A stretch of 64,000 nucleotides of DNA from Azolla caroliniana (lineage: Eukaryota > Plantae > Polypodiophyta): positions 12,648,001-12,712,000 of the forward strand of contig JBHGNT010000007.1 in assembly GCA_043228905.1 (NCBI GenBank), read 5' to 3'. This document shows, piece by piece, positions 50,636 through 62,160 of the stretch. How positions within the stretch are numbered: position 1 is the stretch's first letter; every line of letters begins with the position of its first letter. The notes under the pieces are model-generated. The model was not told where the DNA came from and did no database searches. It saw nothing but the letters and a program-made list of their open reading frames with translations. A program made the translations under genes and the position numbers.

Positions 50636-53600
50636 ATGTCTAGACAAAGTAACGACCACATCACCGAAAGAGGGAGACGCCACGCCGAACGGCAGCGACG
50701 ACGGGAAGCCCTGCAGCAAGCCGTTGACGAGATCCGGCGCGATCGGTCATTCTCAAAAACGCTTCGGCAAATCGCAGAAGACGCACTGCAGTTCCAGGTT
50801 CTACAAGCTTCCGACGAAGGCAGTAGCATAACCAGCCTCCAAGAAGCGGAGACACTACTACAGACTCTCGCTGGCGGCGACGGGGACGCAGCGGCATTTG
50901 CAACATTAGAGGCGGATTCGGATAGCGGGGAAAGCGTGGGATCCCGCTATAAAAGCAGCCACGAGAACAACCCCTTTGAGTCGGATCGCTCAGCAACATC
51001 GGAGCCAGAGGAGGAAATAACTCTGGAGTTCGGTGACCGGCAATCGCCGAGGAGGGAGGAGCGGATACCAACACCATCCGCGGAGGAACCGCAGGAGCGG
51101 TTATCAACACCACCCGCGGAGGAACCGCAGGAGCGGAGACCGACATCGGAGGAACCAGCGCAGGAGAATCAGTGGGACGACACGATGCCGTATCCATACC
51201 CAAAGTATCGGGATGAGCCCGACGGAGAGGCGCATGTGTATGCATTCCTGCGAACATGGGAAGCCAACCACGTGTCCCAGAGACTAACGGAGGCCGAGGC
51301 CGACCGATCCAAAGTCGCCGAATTCGGCATGACATTAGAAGGACCGGCGGCCCGGTGGCACGACAAGCACTTACCAGGCAGCTTCGCCACGTTCGAGGCA
51401 TTGAAAACCCAGTTTTTACGCTTGTTTCATAGACGAGTGGAACAAAGGGAATTGGTCGGACAATTCTACACCACTCGGCAGGGAGAAAACGAGACGGTCC
51501 CACAATTTATCATTCGTTTCCAGACCTTGCACAGTCAATTAGCAAGAGCACCACCCGAAGAGGAGGCCAAGGCAGTCTTTTTGGCTGCGTTGAAAGACCC
51601 ACTTCGAGCGATGTGTGGAATCCTCGATTTCAGCACCAGCACAATGGACCAAGTCATTGATCGGGTCCTGGAAATGGACAACACGAGCTCCTTCTTGCCG
51701 ATGGGGGCGTTACACCAGGCGCTTCCGAAGGAGGAGGATCTCAGGTTCCGACAAGCCCTACAATGCACAACATGCCTAAATTCGGGGCACTCGACCGTCG
51801 ACTGCACCCTGCGTGCACAGTGCATGATATGCAATTCTCGCGCCCACACAACGAACCAATGCGAGTATAACCTGCTAACTCGACAAGCGGCACCGGTCCG
51901 ACACATAGAACCGCGCAATCGGGACCCGGAAGAGGATCGATTCCGGAGGGACGACCGCTACCGACGAGAACGCGGCGACAGATACCCCGATAGAAGACAC
52001 GACAGCTATGACCGAGAGGAGACCCGAAGGGATAGCTACCCCCGGGACCGGTACGACCGAGAGGAAAACCGAAGGGATAGCTACCCCCGGGACCGGTACG
52101 ACCGAGACGAATCCCCGGAGTACGAGCGACGCAGAGAAGAAAGGCGGCCAGGAAACCGGAATTTCCGACGGAACCAAAGGCGTGGATTCTTCCGTAGAGA
52201 GGAGCGTCGGGAGGCAACAAGGAATGACAAACCAGTAGCGGCACCGGAGAACCGAAAAACCGAGGACAACCGCCGGGGAATGCCCCTTCCCCAAACATGG
52301 GAAAAAGGAGAATCCAGCAACACGCACAGGGTGTACTGTTATTACTGCCGAAAAGAAGGGCATTACAGTAATCAATGCCCAAGCAAAACAGCCGACAAGC
52401 AGCCAGCCGTCAACATGGTGACAGCCGAAGTACAGCAGGTTACCACGCGGTCGAAGGGGAAGGCCGCCGAATGGGAAGCCCAGGAAGCAATCAGAAAACA
52501 AGCGGCACAATGGATCAAAGAAGCCAACGAACAAGGTGCGGCGGAAGTAAGAAACCAAAATATGCCAAGGGAGGAGGAAATCGTACAGCCAGGAGAAAAC
52601 CTGACATGGCAAGCACTACAAGATTGTCAGATCGTGCTGCCGTTGGCACGGTTACTGCAGTTGGTGCCGCGGTTTACAGCAGACTTACAAGCCGCCGTGA
52701 GCAAACCGATGCCGACGCCAGCACCGGCATTTTTCTCCAACCCGGAGGAAGGCCCAGCGGTGGTTGATACCAGTAGCCCAGCAATCACGACAATCGTCAA
52801 AGGAAAGGAGATTCCAGGAACAATTATTGACGGAGGCTCCGGGGTGAACGTCATTAGTCGACAGACATGCGACGACCTAGGCATCCAGGAGTGGGAACCA
52901 TGCCCCTTCTGGTTACGCATGGCGGATACAAGCTCAGTCCGACCAACTGGTCTTATCCGGGACTTGGAAGTAACAATAGGAGGCCACGTATTCCGAATAT
53001 CGGCCGTGGTACTAGAGCTGAATGTACAAGGCGCATATCCCCTACTGTTAGGACGACCATGGCTGCGAACGGCGCATATTAAGCAAAACTGGCAAAAGAA
53101 TATGATCACGTTCCGACGAGGGAAAACAAAGGTACGGGTAGCCACGCAACCACGGGTGCTCACTAGCAAGGAGGCAACCCCTTTATATGCCGAAAGCATC
53201 AACATGTTGGAGGGCTTACCGGATGAGGAAGTTGATCGGTACCTCGAGGAACACCCACAGATCGTCCCACTTTTTGAGGTGGATATTACGGCAGCAGTAG
53301 AGCCGTACATCACAATGCCGGACGAGCCGGACAAAGTGGCGATCCGGGAACTACGCCAAGCACAGGAAGCCCTAGAAAGAGAAATGACGATATCCCAAAG
53401 GGTGAAAGCATCCCAGCTGGAAGAGGTGGACCTCGGCACAACAGAACAACCCCGACCGGTAAAAGTCGCGAAGGAATTGCCGAAGGAGGAGAAACAGGCA
53501 ATGGTAGCACTGTTAACGGCTTTCAAGGACGTGTTCGCATGGTCATACGAAGACATGCGAGGGTTGGACCCCCAGCTCTACCAGCACCAAATTCATCTAA

Positions 53601-56356
53601 GTACTGACGCGAAACCCATCGCCCAACGTCGGTACCGAATGAATCCAAACTATGCGGCAAAGGTGAAGGAGGAAATTGACAAGCTTCTCCGGGTCGGATT
53701 TATCCGACCAGTCAAGCAGGCAACCTGGCTAAGCCCGATAGTGGTGGTCCCGAAAAAGAACGGCAAAATCCGTGTATGTGTGGACTACAGGAAACTAAAT
53801 GCCGCGACAGTAACCGACGCTTTTCCACTACCATTCACGGACGGAGTGCTAGATGCGGTGGCCGGCCACGAAGTTTACAGCTTCCTGGATGGATTCAGCG
53901 GCTACAACCAAATCCGAATGAACCCGGCCGACCAAGAGAAAACAGCGTTCGTGACGGAATGGGGAGTGTTCGTCGCGGTCGTGATGATGTTCGGATTAAA
54001 GACAGCCCCTGCAACATTTCAAAGGATAATTATGGAAATCTTCGGTGATTTTATTCCCGGCTTTATGCAGGTCTTCCTAGACGATTTCGCCGTCTACAGC
54101 CGACACGGAGAGCATCTCGATCACCTACGACTATGCTTAGAAAAGTGCCGCGAGTACCGATTAAGTCTGAACCCGGCTAAGTGCGTCTTTGGAGTCGCAA
54201 GCGGCAACTTGTTAGGCCACGTGGTGAGTCGGGAAGGAATCGCGGTAGATCCGGATAAGGTAAAAGCAATTCTCGACGCACCGGCACCGAATAGCGCAAA
54301 GGCTTTAAGCCGATTCCTTGGTCAAATAAGGTGGCATAGTCGGATGATACGGCACCTTGCCGACTTTGCTACACCATTGCACGCTGTTGTACATAGAGTA
54401 CCTTTCCAATGGACAGAAACGGAGGACAAAGCCTACCAAGCGTTGAAGGTAATGCTGTCACAAGCTCCGGTGGTGCAGCCGCCGGACTGGAGTAAAAGCT
54501 TTCACGTTTTCGTCGACGCGTCGGACGTAGCAATCGGCAGCGTTTTGATGCAACTCACGGAACCGAACTGGTATCGGCCGGTGTACTACGCAAGCAGGAA
54601 ACTCTCGAAAGCCGAACGGAACTACTCTACAACGGAACGAGAGGCATTAGGAATGGTGTACAGTGTCACAAAGTACAGGCACTATCTGCTCGGACGAAAG
54701 TTCTCCTTCCACGTTGACCACTCGGCACTACTCTACCTGGTCTCAAAGGCAGCCCTGACAGGAAAACTCGCACGGTGGACGCTGCTATTACAGGAATTCG
54801 AATTCGATATTTTCCACCGACCCGGGGTGCAGCATGCGGTAGCAGACTACCTTAGCAGACTAGAATCCGGAGAATCAGGGGACGGCGTACAGGATGAATT
54901 TCCCGACGCCGAGCTGTTTAAGGTCACGACGGCACCGGCTACGGAGACCACAGTAGCGGACGAAGACAAATGGTTAACCGAAATGCATCAGTTCCTGAGC
55001 ACCGGAGTTCCCCCGGAAAACCTGGACCGAGACGAACGGAAAAGGATGGCAGTACGGAGCAGACATTTCTGCTTGGTAGGAGACACCCTCTATCACAAGG
55101 GGGCAGATGGCGTATGGAGGCGAGCAGTGCGGAGCGATGAAAAGGATCTGGTCCTGAGGGAAGCCCACTGTGGAATTGCGGGCGGGCATTATGCCGGCGA
55201 AACAACAGCCCGGAAGATATGGCGGAGCGGACTATGGTGGCCGACTACCATGAGAGATGCCGTTAAGTATAGCAGGGAATGTGACCTGTGTCAACGACTG
55301 GGCCAACCCACGGAGCAGGCCCGGATGCCACATCACCCGGTCTTGCCATTAGAACCATTCCAAAAGTGGGGCTTGGACTTTGTTGGCCCCTTTAAGCCAC
55401 CGGCAATGCGGACCGGAAATCGGTATATAATAGTGGCTACCGACTACTGCACCAAATGGGTAGAAGCAAAGGCACTACGGGACAACACGGCGGCGTCCAC
55501 GGCCAAATTTTTATATGAATGCATATGGTGTCGGTACGGATGCCCGATTGAGCTGATCAGTGACCAGGGAGGACATTTCCTCGGGCAGGTGGTGGAAAGT
55601 TTGACATCATTCTATGCGGTAGTACACAAACGAAGCACTCCCTACTACCCTCAAGCCAACGGATTAGCGGAATCAACGAATAAAACGCTACAGAACATCC
55701 TTAGAAAAATCGTCAATGAGAACCGGACCGACTGGGACACGAAGTTGCAGAGCGTGCTGTGGGCGTACCGAACGGCGTACAAGACTAGCATCCGGACGAC
55801 CCCGTTCCGACTGGCATTCGGCTTGGAAGCAGTCATGCCAGTAGAATTCCAAATTCCTAGCTTAAGAATACAGGTTAAGGAGCGGTTAAGCGAGAAGGAA
55901 TCGGAACGAATCCGGCTGAAGATGCTGTTAGAACTGGAAGAAAATCGAATAGCCAGCCTGCTACAGCTAGAACTAGAGCAAAGGAGGAGGAAAGCATTTG
56001 TAGACCGACACCGGCGCGGTAACGAAAAGGAATTCGAGGTCGGGAAACCTGTATTACTGTTCCAGACAAGGATGGGGAGCATGCCAGGGAAATTGCGATT
56101 TCGGTGGACCGGACCATTCTGGATCACAAAGGAGTACAATGGGTCTTACCAGCTCGGGACGTTGTCAGGAGAAGTTGTGGGCAAATGGGCAAATGGGTTT
56201 CGCCTAAAACCATATAAGGGGCACATGCCAGCTAACCCCTTCAAGCAAGACCCGGAAAACCCGAATGGCGAGGAACCGACACCGACGCGTAACAACGACG
56301 AGGAACCGACAACAGTGCGCACCGACCCGAACACATCGGGGGGAACCAAACAATGA
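50636..56356 (+). CDS. gag-pol: Single-frame Gag-Pol polyprotein (1906 aa from first ATG)
   Basis: Three CCHC knuckles, R/D-rich repeats, IIDGGSG protease, FLDDF RT, VDASD RNase H, HHCC and catalytic integrase core, WTGPF motif; no stops. Confidence 0.97.
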   Translation: MSRQSNDHITERGRRHAERQRRREALQQAVDEIRRDRSFSKTLRQIAEDALQFQVLQASDEGSSITSLQEAETLLQTLAGGDGDAAAFATLEADSDSGESVGSRYKSSHENNPFESDRSATSEPEEEITLEFGDRQSPRREERIPTPSAEEPQERLSTPPAEEPQERRPTSEEPAQENQWDDTMPYPYPKYRDEPDGEAHVYAFLRTWEANHVSQRLTEAEADRSKVAEFGMTLEGPAARWHDKHLPGSFATFEALKTQFLRLFHRRVEQRELVGQFYTTRQGENETVPQFIIRFQTLHSQLARAPPEEEAKAVFLAALKDPLRAMCGILDFSTSTMDQVIDRVLEMDNTSSFLPMGALHQALPKEEDLRFRQALQCTTCLNSGHSTVDCTLRAQCMICNSRAHTTNQCEYNLLTRQAAPVRHIEPRNRDPEEDRFRRDDRYRRERGDRYPDRRHDSYDREETRRDSYPRDRYDREENRRDSYPRDRYDRDESPEYERRREERRPGNRNFRRNQRRGFFRREERREATRNDKPVAAPENRKTEDNRRGMPLPQTWEKGESSNTHRVYCYYCRKEGHYSNQCPSKTADKQPAVNMVTAEVQQVTTRSKGKAAEWEAQEAIRKQAAQWIKEANEQGAAEVRNQNMPREEEIVQPGENLTWQALQDCQIVLPLARLLQLVPRFTADLQAAVSKPMPTPAPAFFSNPEEGPAVVDTSSPAITTIVKGKEIPGTIIDGGSGVNVISRQTCDDLGIQEWEPCPFWLRMADTSSVRPTGLIRDLEVTIGGHVFRISAVVLELNVQGAYPLLLGRPWLRTAHIKQNWQKNMITFRRGKTKVRVATQPRVLTSKEATPLYAESINMLEGLPDEEVDRYLEEHPQIVPLFEVDITAAVEPYITMPDEPDKVAIRELRQAQEALEREMTISQRVKASQLEEVDLGTTEQPRPVKVAKELPKEEKQAMVALLTAFKDVFAWSYEDMRGLDPQLYQHQIHLSTDAKPIAQRRYRMNPNYAAKVKEEIDKLLRVGFIRPVKQATWLSPIVVVPKKNGKIRVCVDYRKLNAATVTDAFPLPFTDGVLDAVAGHEVYSFLDGFSGYNQIRMNPADQEKTAFVTEWGVFVAVVMMFGLKTAPATFQRIIMEIFGDFIPGFMQVFLDDFAVYSRHGEHLDHLRLCLEKCREYRLSLNPAKCVFGVASGNLLGHVVSREGIAVDPDKVKAILDAPAPNSAKALSRFLGQIRWHSRMIRHLADFATPLHAVVHRVPFQWTETEDKAYQALKVMLSQAPVVQPPDWSKSFHVFVDASDVAIGSVLMQLTEPNWYRPVYYASRKLSKAERNYSTTEREALGMVYSVTKYRHYLLGRKFSFHVDHSALLYLVSKAALTGKLARWTLLLQEFEFDIFHRPGVQHAVADYLSRLESGESGDGVQDEFPDAELFKVTTAPATETTVADEDKWLTEMHQFLSTGVPPENLDRDERKRMAVRSRHFCLVGDTLYHKGADGVWRRAVRSDEKDLVLREAHCGIAGGHYAGETTARKIWRSGLWWPTTMRDAVKYSRECDLCQRLGQPTEQARMPHHPVLPLEPFQKWGLDFVGPFKPPAMRTGNRYIIVATDYCTKWVEAKALRDNTAASTAKFLYECIWCRYGCPIELISDQGGHFLGQVVESLTSFYAVVHKRSTPYYPQANGLAESTNKTLQNILRKIVNENRTDWDTKLQSVLWAYRTAYKTSIRTTPFRLAFGLEAVMPVEFQIPSLRIQVKERLSEKESERIRLKMLLELEENRIASLLQLELEQRRRKAFVDRHRRGNEKEFEVGKPVLLFQTRMGSMPGKLRFRWTGPFWITKEYNGSYQLGTLSGEVVGKWANGFRLKPYKGHMPANPFKQDPENPNGEEPTPTRNNDEEPTTVRTDPNTSGGTKQ

Positions 56357-56367
56357 TGCGGCATATG

Positions 56368-56370
<3 letters not shown>

Positions 56371-56399
<29 letters not shown>
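56371..56399 (+). repeat. A29 tract just after the pol stop of K
   Basis: 29 consecutive A; A-rich tract at the equivalent position in A (10324-10370). Confidence 0.9.
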
Positions 56400-56401
<2 letters not shown>

Positions 56402-56815
56402 ATGACGTGGAGCTACGGGTAGAAAAGTCAAGACAAGAAGATCAAGAAAATCATGGTAATGATGAAGGAGGTAGTTACAACCGTCAGACGGGTGCACGAG
56501 CTATTTAAAGCACAGAACGTGGGTGGCCGAGGTACAAGATTTAACACGCGCGGCAATCAAGGAGTCATAATGACAGACACGTAGGAGATTCGACACACGC
56601 GGCAAAGAAGCGCAGGCATGACACGCGGCAGCAAAGGACAGACATGCTATTCATGACAGAGCATGCACAGGCGCCAAAAATAGGAGCAGAGTCGGAGCAG
56701 CAAGATGCGAAAAGGCAGCCAATCCAATCGGAAGTCGGAGACGGCACAGGCAAAACAACACTTGAAACCTCTGAGCGGAGTTTGCTGGATAATTTGGAGG
56801 AAGACTGAAGCCGGC

Positions 56816-56856
56816 TGTGGGTTCGAAGTGCAATGCACTTTCCCACGGGCGTGCCA
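56816..56856 (+). other. tRNA-Arg 3'-half mimic replacing the PPT (K copy)
   Basis: TGTGGGTTCG-AAGTGCAATGCACTT-TCCCAC-GGGCGTG-CCA-TG|TGTTGG (LTR). Confidence 0.88.
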
Positions 56857-58659
56857 TGTGTTGGCCGGTCAGAGAAGGCAAATGGGAAAGCAAGGTCGGA
56901 TCGGATAAATATAGAAATAGGAATAGAATTATTAGGAGGGACGGATCCGGTAGTTGTAACCGATCCGGATCCGAACCGATTTGGTTTCGGTTAACGGTTG
57001 CTTATCGAGCACCGATTGTAATCTGGCCGGATGCCTATAAAAGGATCCGATGTTTTGTAATAAAGGGCGAAGAATTAATATAGTTTTGCTTATGCTGATT
57101 AATCTTGTCTTCGTCTGTGCTTAAGTGTAATTATCATACGCGTGTATTAACATCCTATCCCTACCACCCCTTTGGAGAAGTGTCGGATAGACACCTGTGT
57201 TGCGGCTAGTCCAGCCATACATACAACAATAGCCCGAGTAGAGATCACCAATGGAATAGACCGATCTTCCCATTGTTGTGGAGAATTTCGACCAGAGGCG
57301 GAAACCGGGAAATATTGGCACGGGCGGATTGTGTTCGGCACGGGCGGTGCCGGAAACGAGGGGACGGGTGCATAGTGTACTGCACAAGGTCGGCGTCAAG
57401 GGATGACAAAGGAGTCCGGAGGAGGATCCTCCACACCCGCTTCGTAGATCACGGCCAGACAATCAGAATAACGAAGACTGACACAGCAAGCCCGGGATGA
57501 CGAGTTGGTGGGGGCAAGGGGACGACGGCAAGCGGGCCACTACAGGCGTTCCTCAAGCGGAGGACATCGGGCATACGGATAAGAGCGGAGCGTGAATACG
57601 GCCGAACAAGGGCCAACGGAAGTACGCGTACTACGGAGATCGCGGCGAAGGACCCATCAACGGGTCGAACGAGCCTACGGGGAGGTAAGCTTGAAGGAAG
57701 AACCGAAGCTGACAGTTCAAACCAGCAGCGAGCCGGGGTGCGGATTACGGAAGACCGTTTCCTCACCGGCCGAAATCTCTCACCCCTCACCAGATTTGGC
57801 ACGTACCGGTGGACATGCAGTTAGGTGGGGGCGGATGTCGTGGAGAATTTCGGCCAGAGGCGGAAACTGGGAAATATTGGCTACATCGGCGGGGTGCACC
57901 GTGTGCACCCACCCTCGTGTAATTGTGTGAATAGTAGGAGTTAAGTCGGGACGAAGAATCCCATGTAAATCGGGATTTATCCCACATTGTAACGTATCCC
58001 TCTCCTTATTCAATAAAAGGAAGGGATGGTCCCTTGTAGAGGGGTTGCCCATTTTGTATTAGCAGGGTATATTGTTAGACGAAGAGACGTTCTCTCTTCC
58101 TCTTTCTCTCTTTCCTTTCTTGCTCTCCTCTGCTTCTTCTTCGTCGTTCTGCGCATCGAGCACTAGCGTCCAGCGTTTCGGTTTTCTGCCTTGTACTCTA
58201 TGCAAGCCCCGCTCGGCACTACAAGCTCGAGAGCTCCCCAACCAGCGGCTTGGCAGTAGACAACAGTTATATCCTAAGCGACCTAGGCCCGGCTCGAAAT
58301 CGACGTTCAATCTCGTTGTCTTGTAAATACATATACATTTGGTCGTGCATATTCGAGTCTCTATTGGTGTGCGTGTGTGTGTCTTTGTGTTTCTTTCTCG
58401 TTTCTGTACATAAGGCGTGAGTAGGGTCGGTGTGTTGTGTGCGTGTGTGCGAGAGTCAATGTTGTGTGCCTGCTCTCTCTCTCTCTCTCCCTTCGGTTGC
58501 TTCCGGTGTGCTTCCGGGATGCCCCGGAAATGGTGAAGCACAACTTCCTACGCTCCGTCACTCCCTAGTCCAAGACCCCCGTGGTCCCGCCTTTCTCCAC
58601 GCACGCGCGAAACTTAGCGACATCTTTGGTGAACCCGACGTGAAAGGGAGCGAGGGGGG

Positions 58660-60059
58660 ATGGAGTCGGTAGACGACGACCTCGCGGTGATGGTGGCCGA
58701 AGTGGTGTTGGGGTCGACACGAGTGGTGATGAGGCGAGAAGCAACGCAACAAGCGGTTGAGCGAGTGGTCGAAAGAATCGGCCGTTTCAACGGGGACAAA
58801 GTCCATCTTACTTGGAAGCCTACAACGCGGAAATGGAGGAGCGAGACGTGGACGAAGAGTTGAGGCTGGAGTTCTTCTGTCGGGTTGTCGCCATCCATAT
58901 GCACGCGGAAGTGAAGGAGCTCCGACAAGCTCATAGTTCATGGGAGGCCTTTGAAGAGGCGCTCCTGCGTGCATATGGAGGACGGCGGAAGAGCCGGGGA
59001 CGACACGACTTCGACCAGTGGGTCGCATCGGCAAAGACACACCGGGGCGCGACGAAGGCGTTCCGAGAGTTCGAGCAATGGCTTGCTCGGCTCTCGGAGC
59101 GGGAACAAGGTTTGGTGGGGGCGGACAAAGTCCTATTGTTCGTCAGGTCAATCGACCGAGAAGAACGGGAGGCCATGGGGATTGAGCTCGAAGACGACGA
59201 CGGAGCGAATGGGCTTACGGAGGATTGGTCGAAGGTCGGAAGGGTGTGGCAACGGCTAGACAACGAGCGAGCCAAGGAGGCTAAGAGGAAGGGGCGCGAC
59301 GACGTGCCATCACAGTGGGAACAGGCCAAACGGCAAAGAGAGTCGGCAAGGGTCGGCGTTGGGGCCAGGATTTCGGAGGCGTACGCAGCTCTCGAGGCGA
59401 TGCTCGAGGAAGAGGAAAGATCAAGGCCGCAAGCCGAGACTGAGGAGACGGACTTGCCCCACGCGATGGCGGAAGATCGATATCACGGTACCACGGGAGA
59501 GGGTGAGGAACAAAACGCCCTCTCGACTTGCAGAAATAGAACGGCCAAGGACGAGGCCGACATACCGATTGCGGAATCGGATAGTTGGGACCAGCGGTTT
59601 CGGGCGTGTCAACCCGAAACCCCGAACATCAGACAAGCAAGCCCAGGCAGGGCTTGCGCAATCGGTAAGAAAACGACCGTCGACGACGAAGAGTCGATGG
59701 CTACGGACAAGGGCGTAAAACGGACAGGCAATTCTTTGTGTCTTCCCACACTTGCTCCCGAGACGATGGCAGTCGGGCCCGAGTGCCCACGTGAGTCCCA
59801 AGAGGAGGAAGGCGGCGGCGAGAGACCAAGAATCAGCAGCGAGACGATACGGGGAAGGAGCGGACGAAAGCCCCCGGACCCGATTTCGGAGAACTCAGCA
59901 TTTGGGCCCATATGCCCATGTAAGACCGAGGAGATGGAAGGCAGTACCGAGGAGTCCTTGCACGATGCCAGCGAAGATGGATGGGAGATGGCCAGCAAAA
60001 AGGTCGACGAAGAGACCAAGGAACGACCCGACCGGGGACCGAACCACACGACGCTCTGA
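58660..60059 (+). pseudogene. Frameshifted gag-like ORF of F
   Basis: AVERVVERIGRFNG and ADKVLLFVRSID...GLTEDW align to D gag (AVERLMQRIGQFNG, PDKVIMFLRAVD...GLTETW). Confidence 0.8.
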
Positions 60060-61614
60060 TATGGGTGGAGCGTAATCCGGTCATGGATTGTTCGATCGGG
60101 GCCGCATTCGGCATAAAGGTGCCGATACGGGAGAGGGTGCGGGACGAGCCGCCCTCATTTACATGGGGAGAAAGACCGACAGGGCGAAGGTCTAGAATTG
60201 GAAGGAGGGTGATTAGAGGTTCGGACAGAGTCTGGCAAGATCGGCATCGGAGCCGAAACTCCGGAGATTAGACAATCAAGCTCAAGCGGGGCTTGATTGA
60301 TCACACAACGGATGCTATCCACCGACACCACTAAAAGGGGCGGTGGCTCGGACGAGTTGCCGAAAGACGTTGTGAAATCGATTACACCACATCCTATCCG
60401 GAGACTGCGGCTGTTCGGCTGATGGGGCAACATAAGACCGAAAGAGATGGAAGATCGAGGCGGGAACGCAGCAAGGAGAGCGACGACCAGTTACGGAGGA
60501 GTACGGGCGATGAAGAGGAAAACGAAGACCGGTCCCATAAGCTCCTCACACCAATACGGCTGTCGGCCCGAGTGCCGGCGTGAGTCCTATAGGAGAGACG
60601 GTGGCGACAGGAGAACGGGACCCAGTAATCCGGAGAATGACGAATGGACCCGGACGAGAACCGGGCGGAGCGAACTCCCGGATAACCATTGCGGGAGGGA
60701 GGAAGAGAGCAGGCCTACGATCAGGCCGAGAACACGGTACGTCGGTACCACGGGAGAGGGTGTGGAGCGAGCCACCCTCTCGGCTTGCGAAGGAAAGGAA
60801 GACCCGGGATAAGGGTCAAGGATACGAGGAGCCCACGGAGGATCCTTCACACCAGCCAGAGACTCCGGCGGTCGGCCCGAGAGCCGGCGTGGGACATGGA
60901 GTGACGATCGGTGGCGGCGAGGGGACGAAGGCAAAGAACTGTGGATGGGCGGTTTTGTGAAGATCCTCCCACCGAACCGGTTGTTGGCCCGAGTGCCGGC
61001 GTGACTCCTATAGGAAAGGACGGTGGCGGCAGGTGAACGCGACCAGCCGAAGAGGCCGATGCGGAGGACGGAGGAGATAAGCGGCAGTGCCGCGACCTTA
61101 CACACACCGGCCCTAGAGGCTCCGGCGGTTGGCCCGAGTGCCCGCGTGAGGCCTAGATCGAGGGGCGGTGGCGGCGGCAAGGCGGGAAAACCGAGGTCCC
61201 ACGAAGATCCTCACGCCGATCCGGCGGTCGGCCCGAGTGCCGACGTGTGTCCTATAGGAGAGGTCGGTGGCGGCAGGTGAACGTGATCAGACGACGGAAG
61301 CGGAGAAAGAAGGTATCAGGCCAGCAAAGCGGCTACGAACCGAATCGGACCGACCGGCAAGGTCATGAGCATAAGGAAGTTCGGTCCTACGGGATTCCCA
61401 CACCGAACCAGGGACTCCAGCAGTTCGGCCAACGTGGCAACATGAGACCGAGAGAGAAGGTTAGTGGCGGCGGGAAACGGGACCCGGCAACACGAAGGCA
61501 GGATTCGGCTACGCGGAAGACACGAGGAGAGTCGCAAAGGACTCCGGAAAAAGTCACATGAATTTCGGCAAGCAAAGAAACGAAGTCCGGTCCTATGGGA
61601 CCCTCACACCGATT

Positions 61615-62160
61615 CGGAGACTCCGGCGGCCGGCTAACGGGAGTTGGCGTGAGACCTAGGAGAAGGACGGTGGCGGCAAGGAACAGGACCCGGCGACACG
61701 AGATAGCGGATCGAGAGTCGATAAGATGGGGGGAGGACGAAGTGCGAAACCCTTACAGGCCGGTTACGGTTTCAAAAGGGGCCGGTAGGGGCAAACACGG
61801 GGGAGGTGTGTCGGGCCGGAAAGGCACACCTGGGACGGAACAATAGTCTCGCCAGTGGCCATCGTGGGCCAGATCGAAGCGTGACTACGGAGACTCCGGC
61901 GGCCGGCTAACGGGAGTTGGCGTGAGACCTAGGAGAAGGACGGTGGCGGCAGGGAACGGGACCCGGCGACACGAGATAGCGGATCGAGACTCGATAAGAT
62001 GGGGGGAGAACGAATTGCGAAACCCTTACAGACCGGTTACGGTTTTAGAAGGGGCCGGTAGGGGCAAACACGGGGGAGGTGTGTCGGGTCTGAAAGCCAC
62101 ACCTAGGACGGAACAAGAGTCTCGCAAGTGGCCATCGAGGGCCAGATCGAAGCGTGACTA
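61615..62160. repeat. 273-bp tandem duplication in the F internal region
   Basis: CGGAGACTCCGGCGGCCGGCTAACGGG begins at both 61615 and 61888. Confidence 0.9.

Larger units (their letters stand above)
50214..57228 (+). mobile_element. Intact young Ty3/gypsy element K (LTRs 50214-50583, 56859-57228), non-chromovirus
   Basis: 370-bp LTRs with 2 differences; perfect TSD ATAGC; PBS TGGCGACCACG at 50590; no PPT. Confidence 0.97.
46857..57273 (-). mobile_element. Degenerate D-related gypsy element G (3' LTR ~46857-47723, pol 47788-50208 + 57234-57273), split by K and cut by F
   Basis: INT/RH/RT ORFs homologous to D; RT motif GRSVYSIGDLYSG|YDQFQ split exactly by K. Confidence 0.88.

Noticed and set aside
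50661-56364. Long antisense ORFs over K (e.g. 52627-53556) and over other pol genes
   Set aside because: Shadow ORFs of the coding strand with no recognisable motifs
56841-56858. Idea that this is the ordinary PBS and gag-pol is simply antisense
   Set aside because: LTR TATA, gag-pol and a 5' PBS all point to the + strand, and the other end has no PPT on the minus strand either; not formally excluded without TSS data
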